Origin: a virus
Taxonomy: Duplodnaviria > Caudoviricetes
IMG/VR virus record: IMGVR_UViG_3300045410_000061
Span: 1 to 44,571 of that record
DNA: 44,571 nt
Direction: 5' to 3' (one strand)
The translations under genes and the position numbers were made by a program. Positions within the stretch are counted from its first letter, which is position 1; every line of letters starts with the position of its first letter. Positions 27,828-35,764 of the stretch are shown piece after piece. A model generated the notes under the pieces. The model was not told where the DNA came from. It worked only from the letters and a program-made list of their open reading frames with translations, and ran no database searches.

Positions 27828-28439
27828 CAAATCTATATCAAGAACTCCAAGGCCCCGAGGCCGGAATTCGTGCGGGGTATAGTCACGCAATTGCGGGACT
27901 ACGATGTCCCGCCGAAAGACCAGTACGGCAATCAGCCCATTGCGGGCTACCTGTACTGGCGACAGACCACGACAAGCCGCCGCGTGTGGAGCGGCGAAAA
28001 TCACTGGGAGCTGTACGCGGTAGAGCCCGAGGAGGGCTACACGGTAGACGACGCCGCGAGTGTCGTCCTGGGGCGGTACGAGGGCTCCACCATTGGATTC
28101 ACCGTCCGGCGCATTCTGGCCAGCTCGCTTGAGCTGCCGAACGGCACGGTACTGCCGGCAAAGCTGGAGCCCGTCCGCGACCTGCGGTTCATGGCGGTCC
28201 AGCCCAGCAAAGAGCGCGGCATCGTGAATAGTGTCCACGATGCCTTTGCCAAGCTGCCGTTCCACCAGCCTGGTGGCGAGGGCAGCACGCTGGAAGAGCC
28301 GCATTTCGCCCTGTACATGCGGGAACTCGTGAGCTTCTTCGCTCACGAGAATCCTGATCTGTACCGAGCAGCACTGGCCGCGGGCGACGTGCTGACGCCC
28401 GCCAAGGAAATGTACGGTATGGACGCGGACGCCGCCTGA
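27825..28439 (+). CDS. Hypothetical protein (204 aa)
   Basis: Starts at the cassette ATG. Confidence 0.75.
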   Translation: MQIYIKNSKAPRPEFVRGIVTQLRDYDVPPKDQYGNQPIAGYLYWRQTTTSRRVWSGENHWELYAVEPEEGYTVDDAASVVLGRYEGSTIGFTVRRILASSLELPNGTVLPAKLEPVRDLRFMAVQPSKERGIVNSVHDAFAKLPFHQPGGEGSTLEEPHFALYMRELVSFFAHENPDLYRAALAAGDVLTPAKEMYGMDADAA

Positions 28440-28449
28440 CCCACCCCAC

Positions 28450-28482
28450 ACCGCCGGCAAGCCGGCAGAGGAAAGAAGGATG
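28450..28482 (+). repeat. Hairpin+RBS cassette copy 3
   Basis: ACCGCCGGCAAGCCGGCAGAGGAAAGAAGGATG. Confidence 0.9.
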
Positions 28483-28677
28483 AAAACCTACACCATCAAC
28501 AGCGAGTGTGGACTCGCGACAATTGAGGCAGCGACTATCGATGACGCGCGGGATCAATACGAGCGAGGCTTCCACTACGACTTCGCCGGCGCGGCGGCTG
28601 GGGAATACCCCGGCTCGTGGTACTGGATCGAGGCGGAAGGTACCCGCGTAGAGGATTGCACTGCGGACATGCCATGA
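28480..28677 (+). CDS. Small acidic hypothetical protein
   Basis: Starts at the cassette ATG; 65 aa. Confidence 0.75.
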   Translation: MKTYTINSECGLATIEAATIDDARDQYERGFHYDFAGAAAGEYPGSWYWIEAEGTRVEDCTADMP

Positions 28678-28690
28678 ATCACCACCCCCT

Positions 28691-28725
28691 AACCGCCGGC
28701 TACGCCGGCAGAGGAAAGAACGATG
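28691..28725 (+). repeat. Hairpin+RBS cassette copy 4
   Basis: AACCGCCGGCTACGCCGGCAGAGGAAAGAACGATG. Confidence 0.9.
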
Positions 28726-28839
28726 GGACATGTAATGACCACCAGGAACGACCTGCGGAACTGGGTTGACGCCGCTACCAGCGGCTGGAGCGAGTACCTC
28801 GAATCGCTCCCGGAACTGACCGAGTACGTAGCTGCCTGA
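28723..28839 (+). CDS. 38-aa peptide (below the ORF-track cutoff)
   Basis: MGHVMTTRNDLRNWVDAATSGWSEYLESLPELTEYVAA, starting at the cassette ATG. Confidence 0.65.
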   Translation: MGHVMTTRNDLRNWVDAATSGWSEYLESLPELTEYVAA

Positions 28840-28840
28840 C

Positions 28841-29002
28841 GGCTCGTGCCCAGCGTCCGCGGCGGGATGTCCTATCCCGTCCCGTCGCGGCGTTGGGCAA
28901 CGCAAAATTTGAGGCCGGCACATCGCCGGACGGGAGCGCGACCCGACTATCGCGAGCCACCGGGAGACCCCCGGCAGCAAGCGGGCTGCTGCAATTGCCC
29001 GC
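28841..29002 (+). ncRNA. Candidate structured intergenic RNA
   Basis: Closing stem GGCTCG/CGAGCC, a long hairpin at 28847-28899 with G-U pairs, and several small hairpins. Confidence 0.45.
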
Positions 29003-29013
29003 GGGAGAATCGT

Positions 29014-29661
29014 ATGAAGATCAACATCACCATCACCCGTAGCAGTGAGTGGGTGCAGGCTCGCCGGCTGGAGCGCGGCGACAACGTGCCGGCGGAGCTG
29101 CCGGTCGAGGTCGAGGTCTCCGACCTCAGCGAAGATGCGAGGCGGCGGCTGCTGTCCTTGAACGGGAAATACGAGCCGCTTGTCGAGCGGTTGGTATACC
29201 GCATCAACTATTCGCCGCTCGCATTGACCTCCTCCTGGGGATCAGGCTGGGATCCATTCCTCCACGACGGCGACTCGGCTACCGCGGCCGAGTTGAGCGC
29301 CGCAATCTGTGCGGCGTTCGAGCGGCTGGAGGCCAAGCGCGAAAAGCACTTGGCCGAGAAGGCTGAGCATGAGGCACAGCAGGCAGCACTGGCAGCCGAG
29401 CGTGAGGCGGCGGCCCGCAAGTTGGCCGAGGCCCGCGAACTGCTGGCCGGCAAGCTGATGGCCGACAAGCAGCAGATCGAGTCGCTGACTGCGGATCGGC
29501 AGACGTTGGCGGAGTTTCTGGCCGAAGTCCCGGCGGATGCACTGCGTGGGACACTCAAGGCCGTGGCCAGCAGCCCCGAGCGGATCGACGAGTTGCGGCA
29601 GGCGGTCGAGGACGCATCGCCGATTGTGATTTTCGCGTCTGATGAGGACGACGACGACTAG
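29014..29661 (+). CDS. Hypothetical coiled-coil protein with an acidic tail
   Basis: GGGAG RBS; ends DEDDDD. Confidence 0.7.
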   Translation: MKINITITRSSEWVQARRLERGDNVPAELPVEVEVSDLSEDARRRLLSLNGKYEPLVERLVYRINYSPLALTSSWGSGWDPFLHDGDSATAAELSAAICAAFERLEAKREKHLAEKAEHEAQQAALAAEREAAARKLAEARELLAGKLMADKQQIESLTADRQTLAEFLAEVPADALRGTLKAVASSPERIDELRQAVEDASPIVIFASDEDDDD

Positions 29662-29762
29662 CCACGTCGAGTTCACGGGCCGCCGGCTGATGCGTCAGCC
29701 GGTGCCCCTGCACTCCGCGGCGTTGGGCCGTCCGCTTTTCACGCCGCAGCGGTGGGAGAGCC

Positions 29763-30062
29763 ATGGAAAAACCAAAGCATTACGATCCCGAGCAACTCGA
29801 TGCGATGATTGCGGCGAAGGCGATCGAGCGCACATACGCAGTCCTACAGCGATGGATCGCCGTAGGGAAGTTGCTCGACATCTTGCCAGAGCGAGATCGT
29901 GATGTCGTCTTGCGCCGGGCCGCGGGAGAAAGCGCCGCGGCGATTGCAAAATCGATGAAGGTCACCAGAGCGAGAATCAGGATCTTGGAAGACCGCGGGC
30001 TGCGCGTTCTCGCAAACGCTCTAATTGGTCCCCCGCCAATATCGCCCAGCGAATCGCGCTAA
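29763..30062 (+). CDS. Sigma70 region-4-like HTH protein
   Basis: 'LPERDRDVVLRR..GES..AIAKSMKVTRARIRILEDRGLR'. Confidence 0.7.
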   Translation: MEKPKHYDPEQLDAMIAAKAIERTYAVLQRWIAVGKLLDILPERDRDVVLRRAAGESAAAIAKSMKVTRARIRILEDRGLRVLANALIGPPPISPSESR

Positions 30063-30073
30063 GTCGGCCATTT

Positions 30074-30958
30074 TTACGCCGCGCCCCCTTGCTCTTTCTC
30101 GCCGGGCAGTATCAGCGGCGGCGGCTGGCAGCCTTCTTGCAGCTTGGCCAATCTCGGATCCACGTAGTGCCGTATCGCCATCGCCGGCGACTTGTGCCCA
30201 AGGAACTTCGCCGCCGCGCCCGCCTGCTGTGATTCCACAGCAGTCGCGCCGCTCTTGCGAATCGTCCTGGTCCCGCCCTTGAGTCCAGCCATGTCCCGGA
30301 TGCGCCCGAACAACGCCAGCACCTGGCGGCGCTTCACGATGTCCCCAAAGACGCGTTGACGCTCCGGCGGGAACGTGGCTTCCACCGCGGCCACTGTCTC
30401 GGGGCGCAAGCGACACATCACCGGCCACTGCGTCTTGTGCTGGATCACGATCAGCGTCCCATCCGTCCCGATGGCGTCGCGCTCGAGCAAGAGCAGATCC
30501 ACCAGCCGCAAGCCGCTTTCATACGCCACCAGGATGAACGCGCGGAACAGCGTCCGGTATTCGAGATCCCAGAAGCGGAACTTGCCCTTCAGTTTTTCCG
30601 CTTCGGCTAGCAGCTCGATAAGTTGCCGTTGCTCCCAAGCTTTCGGCAGCGTGGCGGGGATCTTCACCTTGCGCACGCGGCGCGGTGGCAACTCGGCCAG
30701 CCCTTCTTGATACGCCGCACGCCAGAGACACAGCAGGTTGTTGCGCTGCCCTTGCACGGTCCGCGGGGACAAGCCGCTGTCCAACATGGAGACGATCCAG
30801 CGGTTGAATTGGTCGTCGCTCAAATCGTCTACCGTGCTGGTGCGCGTCAGCCAGCGCTCGTATCTCGCCACCGTCCAACGGAGTTGATCGTAGTAGTCCG
30901 GCGTGAGGTCGCGAGATAGCCGGTACGATTCGAGCAGCCACTGAATGCTCTTCGACAT
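30074..30958 (-). CDS. Tyrosine recombinase / integrase
   Basis: SAM-like core-binding domain, then 'ESGLRLVDL', 'HKT', 'RTIRKSGAT', 'FLGHKS' and 'RHY'. Confidence 0.88.
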   Translation of the reverse strand: MSKSIQWLLESYRLSRDLTPDYYDQLRWTVARYERWLTRTSTVDDLSDDQFNRWIVSMLDSGLSPRTVQGQRNNLLCLWRAAYQEGLAELPPRRVRKVKIPATLPKAWEQRQLIELLAEAEKLKGKFRFWDLEYRTLFRAFILVAYESGLRLVDLLLLERDAIGTDGTLIVIQHKTQWPVMCRLRPETVAAVEATFPPERQRVFGDIVKRRQVLALFGRIRDMAGLKGGTRTIRKSGATAVESQQAGAAAKFLGHKSPAMAIRHYVDPRLAKLQEGCQPPPLILPGEKEQGGAA

Positions 30959-31168
30959 GTCAAGCCCCTTTCTGGGGTTTCTATCGACACGTCCTAGTCG
31001 GTCCCTCCTTTATTGGGTGCTGTGTCCACAGAGTCCATGCAACCCGTTGGCTGATTACAGCCGGGAAAATCGGCACAAAGCTACGCTAGAAATTTCGGCT
31101 AAAGGTGTGGTCGGTGTGCGCGCTATTGAGGGCGTCGGCCGGTTCAGCGGCATCCCATAGGTGTGCTT

Positions 31169-31252
31169 GCGAGCGTGGCGGAATTGGCAGACGCACCAGG
31201 TTGAGGGCCTGGCGGGAGCAATCCCGTGCGAGTTCAAATCTCGCCGCTCGCA
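31169..31252 (+). tRNA. tRNA-Leu (anticodon GAG), CCA not encoded
   Basis: Acceptor GCGAGCG/CGCTCGC plus A, D-arm GCGGAATTGGCAGACGC, anticodon arm CCAGG-TTGAGGG-CCTGG, long variable arm, T-loop TTCAAAT. Confidence 0.93.
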
Positions 31253-31285
31253 TTGGTAGTTTCCTGGAAAAACAAGGAGCCCCAA

Positions 31286-31489
31286 GTGGCAAGTCACCTA
31301 CCAGAAACGCTTCGTGAAAAACTGGAATGCATGGCGGCGGACAGCGGCGATCAATCTGCGCTGGCGTTGGCGATCTTGATTTTGGAATCTCGTCTGACTT
31401 CCAAACTATTCGCCCAAGGACTTGAGGCATTAAGGGAACGCACGCAGTCCCCATCACCAGCCGACCGAAGCGACGACATTCCGTTCTGA
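31286..31489 (+). CDS. 67-aa protein ending in an SSB-like DDIPF tail
   Basis: AAGGAG RBS, GTG start, C-terminus RSDDIPF. Confidence 0.65.
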   Translation: MASHLPETLREKLECMAADSGDQSALALAILILESRLTSKLFAQGLEALRERTQSPSPADRSDDIPF

Positions 31490-31495
31490 CAAAAA

Positions 31496-31573
31496 AGCCC
31501 GGCGGTTGCCGCACGTTCGCAAGGCGTGCGGGCGGCTACGCGTTGTCGGCCGTTTCTGAACAGCCGCCGGGCT
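31496..31573 (+). ncRNA. C4/CI-like cloverleaf antisense RNA candidate
   Basis: 13-bp stalk and two hairpins; exposed GCGTTGTC and (GT)TTCTGA are complementary to 31916-31923 and 31891-31898. Confidence 0.6.
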
Positions 31574-31577
31574 CTTA

Positions 31578-31606
31578 TTGAAAACGCTGTACGTGCCTAC
31601 TATACT
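31578..31606 (+). promoter_or_regulatory. Sigma70-like promoter (leaderless or near-leaderless HTH gene)
   Basis: TTGAAA-N17-TATACT, 6 nt before the ATG at 31613. Confidence 0.65.
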
Positions 31607-31612
31607 AGGAGC

Positions 31613-31819
31613 ATGAGCAACGTGGCAATAGGCGGACTGATGACGACGAAGGAAGTGGCCGAACGGCTCGGTATCACGCGGGGTAGGGTGCATCAACTCG
31701 TGGACGCAGGGCGGCTTCGTCCGCAAAAGGCTGGACCGATCTTGCTGTTCTACCAGCATGAGATCGAAGATTTTGCCAAAGTGGCTCGCCCAGGTGGCCG
31801 ACCCAAAAAGGCGTCCTGA
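31613..31819 (+). CDS. Excisionase-like HTH protein
   Basis: 'MTTKEVAERLGITRGRVHQLVDAGRL...GGRPKK'; lies near the integrase. Confidence 0.8.
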   Translation: MSNVAIGGLMTTKEVAERLGITRGRVHQLVDAGRLRPQKAGPILLFYQHEIEDFAKVARPGGRPKKAS

Positions 31820-31836
31820 GAAAATTTTCGGGGCTG

Positions 31837-31873
31837 CTATTGCCAAAGGCTTGACCATCGTATATAGATTAGG
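31837..31873 (+). promoter_or_regulatory. Putative early promoter
   Basis: CTATTGCCA ... TATAGATTAGG, resembling the promoters at 27185 and 38037. Confidence 0.5.
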
Positions 31874-32021
31874 CGTTCGCTGAATCGGCGTCAGAAACCG
31901 ACCGGCGAATAAACAGACAACGCATCCTCTGCGCCGCACGCTGCGGCAACGTCGGATGCTTCCCGACTACCTAGCCAATTGCACCTATTGCGTGCGGGTT
32001 GGCTGCACATATGGATCATCC

Positions 32022-32783
32022 ATGCGCACGAAGCAAGTCTCGCCCGAAGTCCTAGCCGTCCTGCGCGGCTCGGAGTGGGACGCCAACGTATTGCGTCTCC
32101 CGCCAACGCAGCTTGAGCGCAAGCTGTACCTGGCGGTACACGACGCCTTGCTGTCGCTCGGCGGCAAGTGGGACCGCAAAGCCAAAGGACACGTCTTCGC
32201 TGAAGCGGCGCACGACGCCCTGGAATCGCTGATTGAATCGGGCGAGTACGTTTCGGCGGCGGACACCAAGCAGTTGCTGGGGCAGTTTGAGACGCCGGAT
32301 CGGCTGGCGGACGAAGTGGCGACGGCGTGCCGCATCGAAACATCGCATCAAGTCCTGGAGCCATCTGCCGGCAGCGGCAGGCTAGTCAAGGCTGCGGGAA
32401 ATTTCGGCCCGTCGTCAATTACGGCAATTGAGATTGACAAACGATTCATTTCGGCGCTGGAAGAACACTACGACACAAACGACGTTGAGCACGCCGACTT
32501 TCTCAGCGTGAAGCCATACGCGGTTTTCCATCGCGTTTTGATGAATCCGCCTTACGCTCGCCAGCAGGACATCGACCACGTCCTACACGCCTGGAAATTT
32601 CTCGCACCAGGCGGCCGGCTGGTGGCGCTCATGTCCGCTGGCTGGACGTTTCGCGAGAACGAAAAGAGCCGTGCGTTTCGCGGATTCGTGGATACGCATG
32701 GCGAGTGGAAACCGAACGAGCCGGGTGCGTTCAAGGAATCGGGCACGATGGTCAACAGCGTGATGGTGGTACTTGACAAGTAG
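32022..32783 (+). CDS. SAM-dependent (N6-adenine-type) DNA methyltransferase
   Basis: 'QFETP', 'VLEPSAGSG', 'MNPPY' and 'FKESGT' motifs; alternative start at 31956. Confidence 0.85.
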   Translation: MRTKQVSPEVLAVLRGSEWDANVLRLPPTQLERKLYLAVHDALLSLGGKWDRKAKGHVFAEAAHDALESLIESGEYVSAADTKQLLGQFETPDRLADEVATACRIETSHQVLEPSAGSGRLVKAAGNFGPSSITAIEIDKRFISALEEHYDTNDVEHADFLSVKPYAVFHRVLMNPPYARQQDIDHVLHAWKFLAPGGRLVALMSAGWTFRENEKSRAFRGFVDTHGEWKPNEPGAFKESGTMVNSVMVVLDK

Positions 32784-32849
32784 TTTCGTCCCGCGGCCGT
32801 GCGGATGGTGGCCGGCGGCCGCGGGTGGGATGAAGAAGGAGCGCAATAA

Positions 32850-34115
32850 GTGATTGCCACAGCCTACAAGCACGGCACGATTGCCATTGCCGAAATAGCG
32901 GTGAAATCCCGCGTGCGGCAGGAACTTGGAGACGTGGACGAACTCTGCCGCAGTATCGAGGAACTCGGTCTGCTACACCCGGTCGTCGTGACTGAGGACA
33001 AGCGGCTGGTGTCGGGACAGCGGCGGCTGGAGGCGTACCGGAAACTCGGCAGGGACAAGATCCCGGCCACGATAGTCAAGCACCTGGACGATGCGGCGTT
33101 GCTGCTGAAAGCGGAGCGAGACGAGAACACGTGCCGCAAGGCGTTCACGGTTTCCGAGGCCGTGGCGATGGGCCAGCGGCTGGAGGTGCTGTTCAAGCCG
33201 GCCGCGGCTGAACGGAAGGCGGCAGGGCAAAAGGCTGGTGGTAAGACAGCAGGACGCGGCAGAGAAAAGCTTAGTGGCAACTTGCCACCAAGCAATGAGG
33301 CGGATGCCGGCAAGACTCGCGACAAGGTTGCGCCGGCTGTTGGCATGGCCCCGCGTACCTATGAAAAGGCTAAGGCGGTTATCGAATCCGGCGACGCCGA
33401 GTTGATCGCCGAAATGGACGCTACCGGCAAGGTGGACGCGGCTTACAAAAAAAAGAAGGACGCGGACAAGAAACAGGAACGCGCCAAGCAGGCGTCCGCT
33501 GCCAAGCAGAAGGCCAAGAAAGTCGTCGGGGTGCATCACGGCGACTTCCGCGAACTCGGCAAAACGATTGCGGACAACTCCGCAGCCCTGGTGTTCACCG
33601 ACCCGCCCTACGACCGTGAATCGCTCCCGCTGTTTGACGACCTTGGCGAATTGGCAGCCAGGGTTCTCGTGGATGGCGGATCGCTGATTACGTTCTGCGG
33701 CCAGTACGTGCTGCCGGAAGTCATGGCCAGCCTGGGCAAGCATCTGCGGTTCTTCTGGATCTGCTGCTGCCAGCATACGGGTGACTCCGCGCAGATGCGA
33801 GAGTATGGAATCAAGGTGAAGTGGAAGCCGATGCTGTGGTTCGTCAAGGGATCGTTTCGTCGCGACCGCGAGCGATGGATAGATGATTTGATCGTCTCGG
33901 CACAGCAGAAAAGCCATCACGATTGGCAGCAGTCCGACGTTGAGGCCCGGCACTTTATAGAGGTGCTGACGGATGCCGGCGAAATGGTTGTCGATCCGTT
34001 TTGCGGCGGCGGCACAACGGCGGCCACAGCCGCGGCGATGGGCCGTAAGTTTTGGACGTGCGAGATTGACGCACACTCGTTTGAAATCGCGCGGGAGCGC
34101 ATCGGAAACGCATGA
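32850..34115 (+). CDS. ParB/Srx domain fused to an N4/N6 DNA methyltransferase
   Basis: 'GLLHPVVV...LVSGQRRLEA' followed by 'TDPPY' and 'VVDPFCGGGTT'. Confidence 0.88.
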   Translation: MIATAYKHGTIAIAEIAVKSRVRQELGDVDELCRSIEELGLLHPVVVTEDKRLVSGQRRLEAYRKLGRDKIPATIVKHLDDAALLLKAERDENTCRKAFTVSEAVAMGQRLEVLFKPAAAERKAAGQKAGGKTAGRGREKLSGNLPPSNEADAGKTRDKVAPAVGMAPRTYEKAKAVIESGDAELIAEMDATGKVDAAYKKKKDADKKQERAKQASAAKQKAKKVVGVHHGDFRELGKTIADNSAALVFTDPPYDRESLPLFDDLGELAARVLVDGGSLITFCGQYVLPEVMASLGKHLRFFWICCCQHTGDSAQMREYGIKVKWKPMLWFVKGSFRRDRERWIDDLIVSAQQKSHHDWQQSDVEARHFIEVLTDAGEMVVDPFCGGGTTAATAAAMGRKFWTCEIDAHSFEIARERIGNA

Positions 34116-34753
34116 CGCGGAATTTCAGAGACAACGTACAGTGTCCGCATTGCAAGATGCGGCACACTATCGAAACCGCTTTTGAACGCTGGATGCGTGG
34201 GGATCCGGAGTTGGATTCTCGGAAGGCTGGGCTCGTGCGATTCGATTGCGACATCATGCTGCACAGCTACGCCACGTGTGAGGACGGGCGGCTAGATCGC
34301 ACGATTCAGCGGCTGATGTTTATTGAAGTCAAGACGTTTGGCGCTTTCCCGACTGCCGCACAACTGGACACGCTTTCGCTGTTCTCCCAGGTGCTGCGAA
34401 ACCGCAGGACGAATATCCACCGGCAGAAGCGAGGTAAGCACGCTGAAGACCACGTGCCGATGGCGAAGGCTTTCAGCAAGATCCAGAACCGGGACGTTTG
34501 CCTGAAGATGTACGGCGGACATTTACTCCAATTGTCGGGCGACGACCCGCTGAACAGCGAGTCTATGACGTGGGACGCCAACCCGCCGCATTGGTCGGGG
34601 AAGACGATCGACATAGATGCCCTGAGAAAGATACTCCGATTTGAACTCGACCCGGACACGCTGTTGCCGGTAGATGACCGCAGGCGATCCGGACCGTTTC
34701 AGCGGCAGAGAAAGAAACAACCGTTGCTGTTTGACAGACTGGCATCGGACTGA
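34112..34753 (+). CDS. Putative PD-(D/E)XK nuclease-fold protein
   Basis: ATGA overlap with the methyltransferase; 'FDCD...FIEVK' and CPHC motifs. Confidence 0.5.
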   Translation: MTRNFRDNVQCPHCKMRHTIETAFERWMRGDPELDSRKAGLVRFDCDIMLHSYATCEDGRLDRTIQRLMFIEVKTFGAFPTAAQLDTLSLFSQVLRNRRTNIHRQKRGKHAEDHVPMAKAFSKIQNRDVCLKMYGGHLLQLSGDDPLNSESMTWDANPPHWSGKTIDIDALRKILRFELDPDTLLPVDDRRRSGPFQRQRKKQPLLFDRLASD

Positions 34754-34757
34754 CGCC

Positions 34758-34988
34758 ATGAGCGAATACATCACCGCATCCGCCTTCATCTCCCGCGACA
34801 CCGGGGAGCGGCACCTGCTGCTGTGGGCTGATGGCAAGCTGCCCAACGCCATCCGCACGATCAGCGATTGGGCTGGCGACCCGGCGATTGCTTTAAGTTG
34901 GTACGAGTGCGCTGTGTGGATGAGTCGGATACGGCGTGGCGATGGGGTGGTTCGGGTCAAGGTCTACTTTCCAGCGGAAGTACGATGA
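34758..34988 (+). CDS. Hypothetical protein
   Basis: Tightly packed operon; ATGA overlap downstream. Confidence 0.55.
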   Translation: MSEYITASAFISRDTGERHLLLWADGKLPNAIRTISDWAGDPAIALSWYECAVWMSRIRRGDGVVRVKVYFPAEVR

Positions 34989-35188
34989 ATTCGAACATCG
35001 CCTTCGAGTTTTTTGATGGCAACCCGCCGCTGCTGTGGCGAGTCCGGGGCCGGAGGAAAATCGGCAAGACGTTACACAAGCATTCGGCCTGGTTCGCGGA
35101 CGAGGCGTCGGCGAAAGAGCACGTCGAGAAGGTGCTGGCTGATGGCGGAGAGGTGGAGTTTTGCGAGCGGTATCGGGGAGAGTCATGA
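34985..35188 (+). CDS. Hypothetical protein
   Basis: ATGA overlaps at both ends. Confidence 0.55.
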   Translation: MNSNIAFEFFDGNPPLLWRVRGRRKIGKTLHKHSAWFADEASAKEHVEKVLADGGEVEFCERYRGES

Positions 35189-35352
35189 CACTGGCCGAAC
35201 ATCGCGTAATCGAAGCGGCGAAAGCTCTGGTGGCAAACTGGAAGTTTTCTGAACGTCAGCCATTCGGATTGGCGGGCGAATTGTGGGAAGCGGTCAAGGC
35301 ACTCGAACGCAAGGAGGTGGAACTTGTTGTCTCTGAAACGGAAAGTCGGTGA
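35185..35352 (+). CDS. Hypothetical protein
   Basis: GGGGAG RBS and ATGA overlap. Confidence 0.55.
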   Translation: MTLAEHRVIEAAKALVANWKFSERQPFGLAGELWEAVKALERKEVELVVSETESR

Positions 35353-35509
35353 GCGGATCGTTATTGCCGGGAACATCATCGTGCAAGTCTACCGCGTGGA
35401 TCGGGACGGCGCCGTTGTGCTGGCTATCGACGCGCCGCGGGATGTGACCGTGGACCGGGAGGAGGTGGCGGTGTCGAAGCGGTTGTACGGGACAAAACGA
35501 AAGGATTAA
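35324..35509 (+). CDS. csrA: Carbon storage regulator CsrA/RsmA homologue
   Basis: MLSLKRKVGERIVI.GNI.V.V......V.LAIDAP.DV.V.REEV; AAGGAGG RBS. Confidence 0.85.
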   Translation: MLSLKRKVGERIVIAGNIIVQVYRVDRDGAVVLAIDAPRDVTVDREEVAVSKRLYGTKRKD

Positions 35510-35512
35510 GCG

Positions 35513-35764
35513 ATGGCCGTTCACGAACTAATGCCTGATGCCACAGACCACGCGACGAAAACCCACGCCGTGCAATCGTGCCTGCGCGTCCGCAGCGGCG
35601 CGGGAGAAGTCGAGATACAGAGCCTTTGGCCGCTGGGATCTCTGCTGCACACGCACGTGCTGAGCGAGTCCGAAGCGGTGGCGATGGCGGAAGACTTGTT
35701 GCGGCGGGTGACGACGATGCGGGAGTTGCGGGCCGGGGCGATCATCGATTCGGAGGTAGCGTGA
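35513..35764 (+). CDS. Hypothetical protein
   Basis: AAGGA RBS; operon packing. Confidence 0.55.
   Translation: MAVHELMPDATDHATKTHAVQSCLRVRSGAGEVEIQSLWPLGSLLHTHVLSESEAVAMAEDLLRRVTTMRELRAGAIIDSEVA

Noticed and set aside
27511-28725. Cassette repeats as a canonical CRISPR array for the csf genes
   Set aside because: The intervals are about 210-620 nt, unequal and protein-coding, not 30-40 nt spacers.
29639-29710. Second hammerhead (CTGATGAG..CGTCGAG, and CTGATGCG hairpin)
   Set aside because: It lacks the GAAA core and stem III; it is only a plain hairpin after a stop codon.
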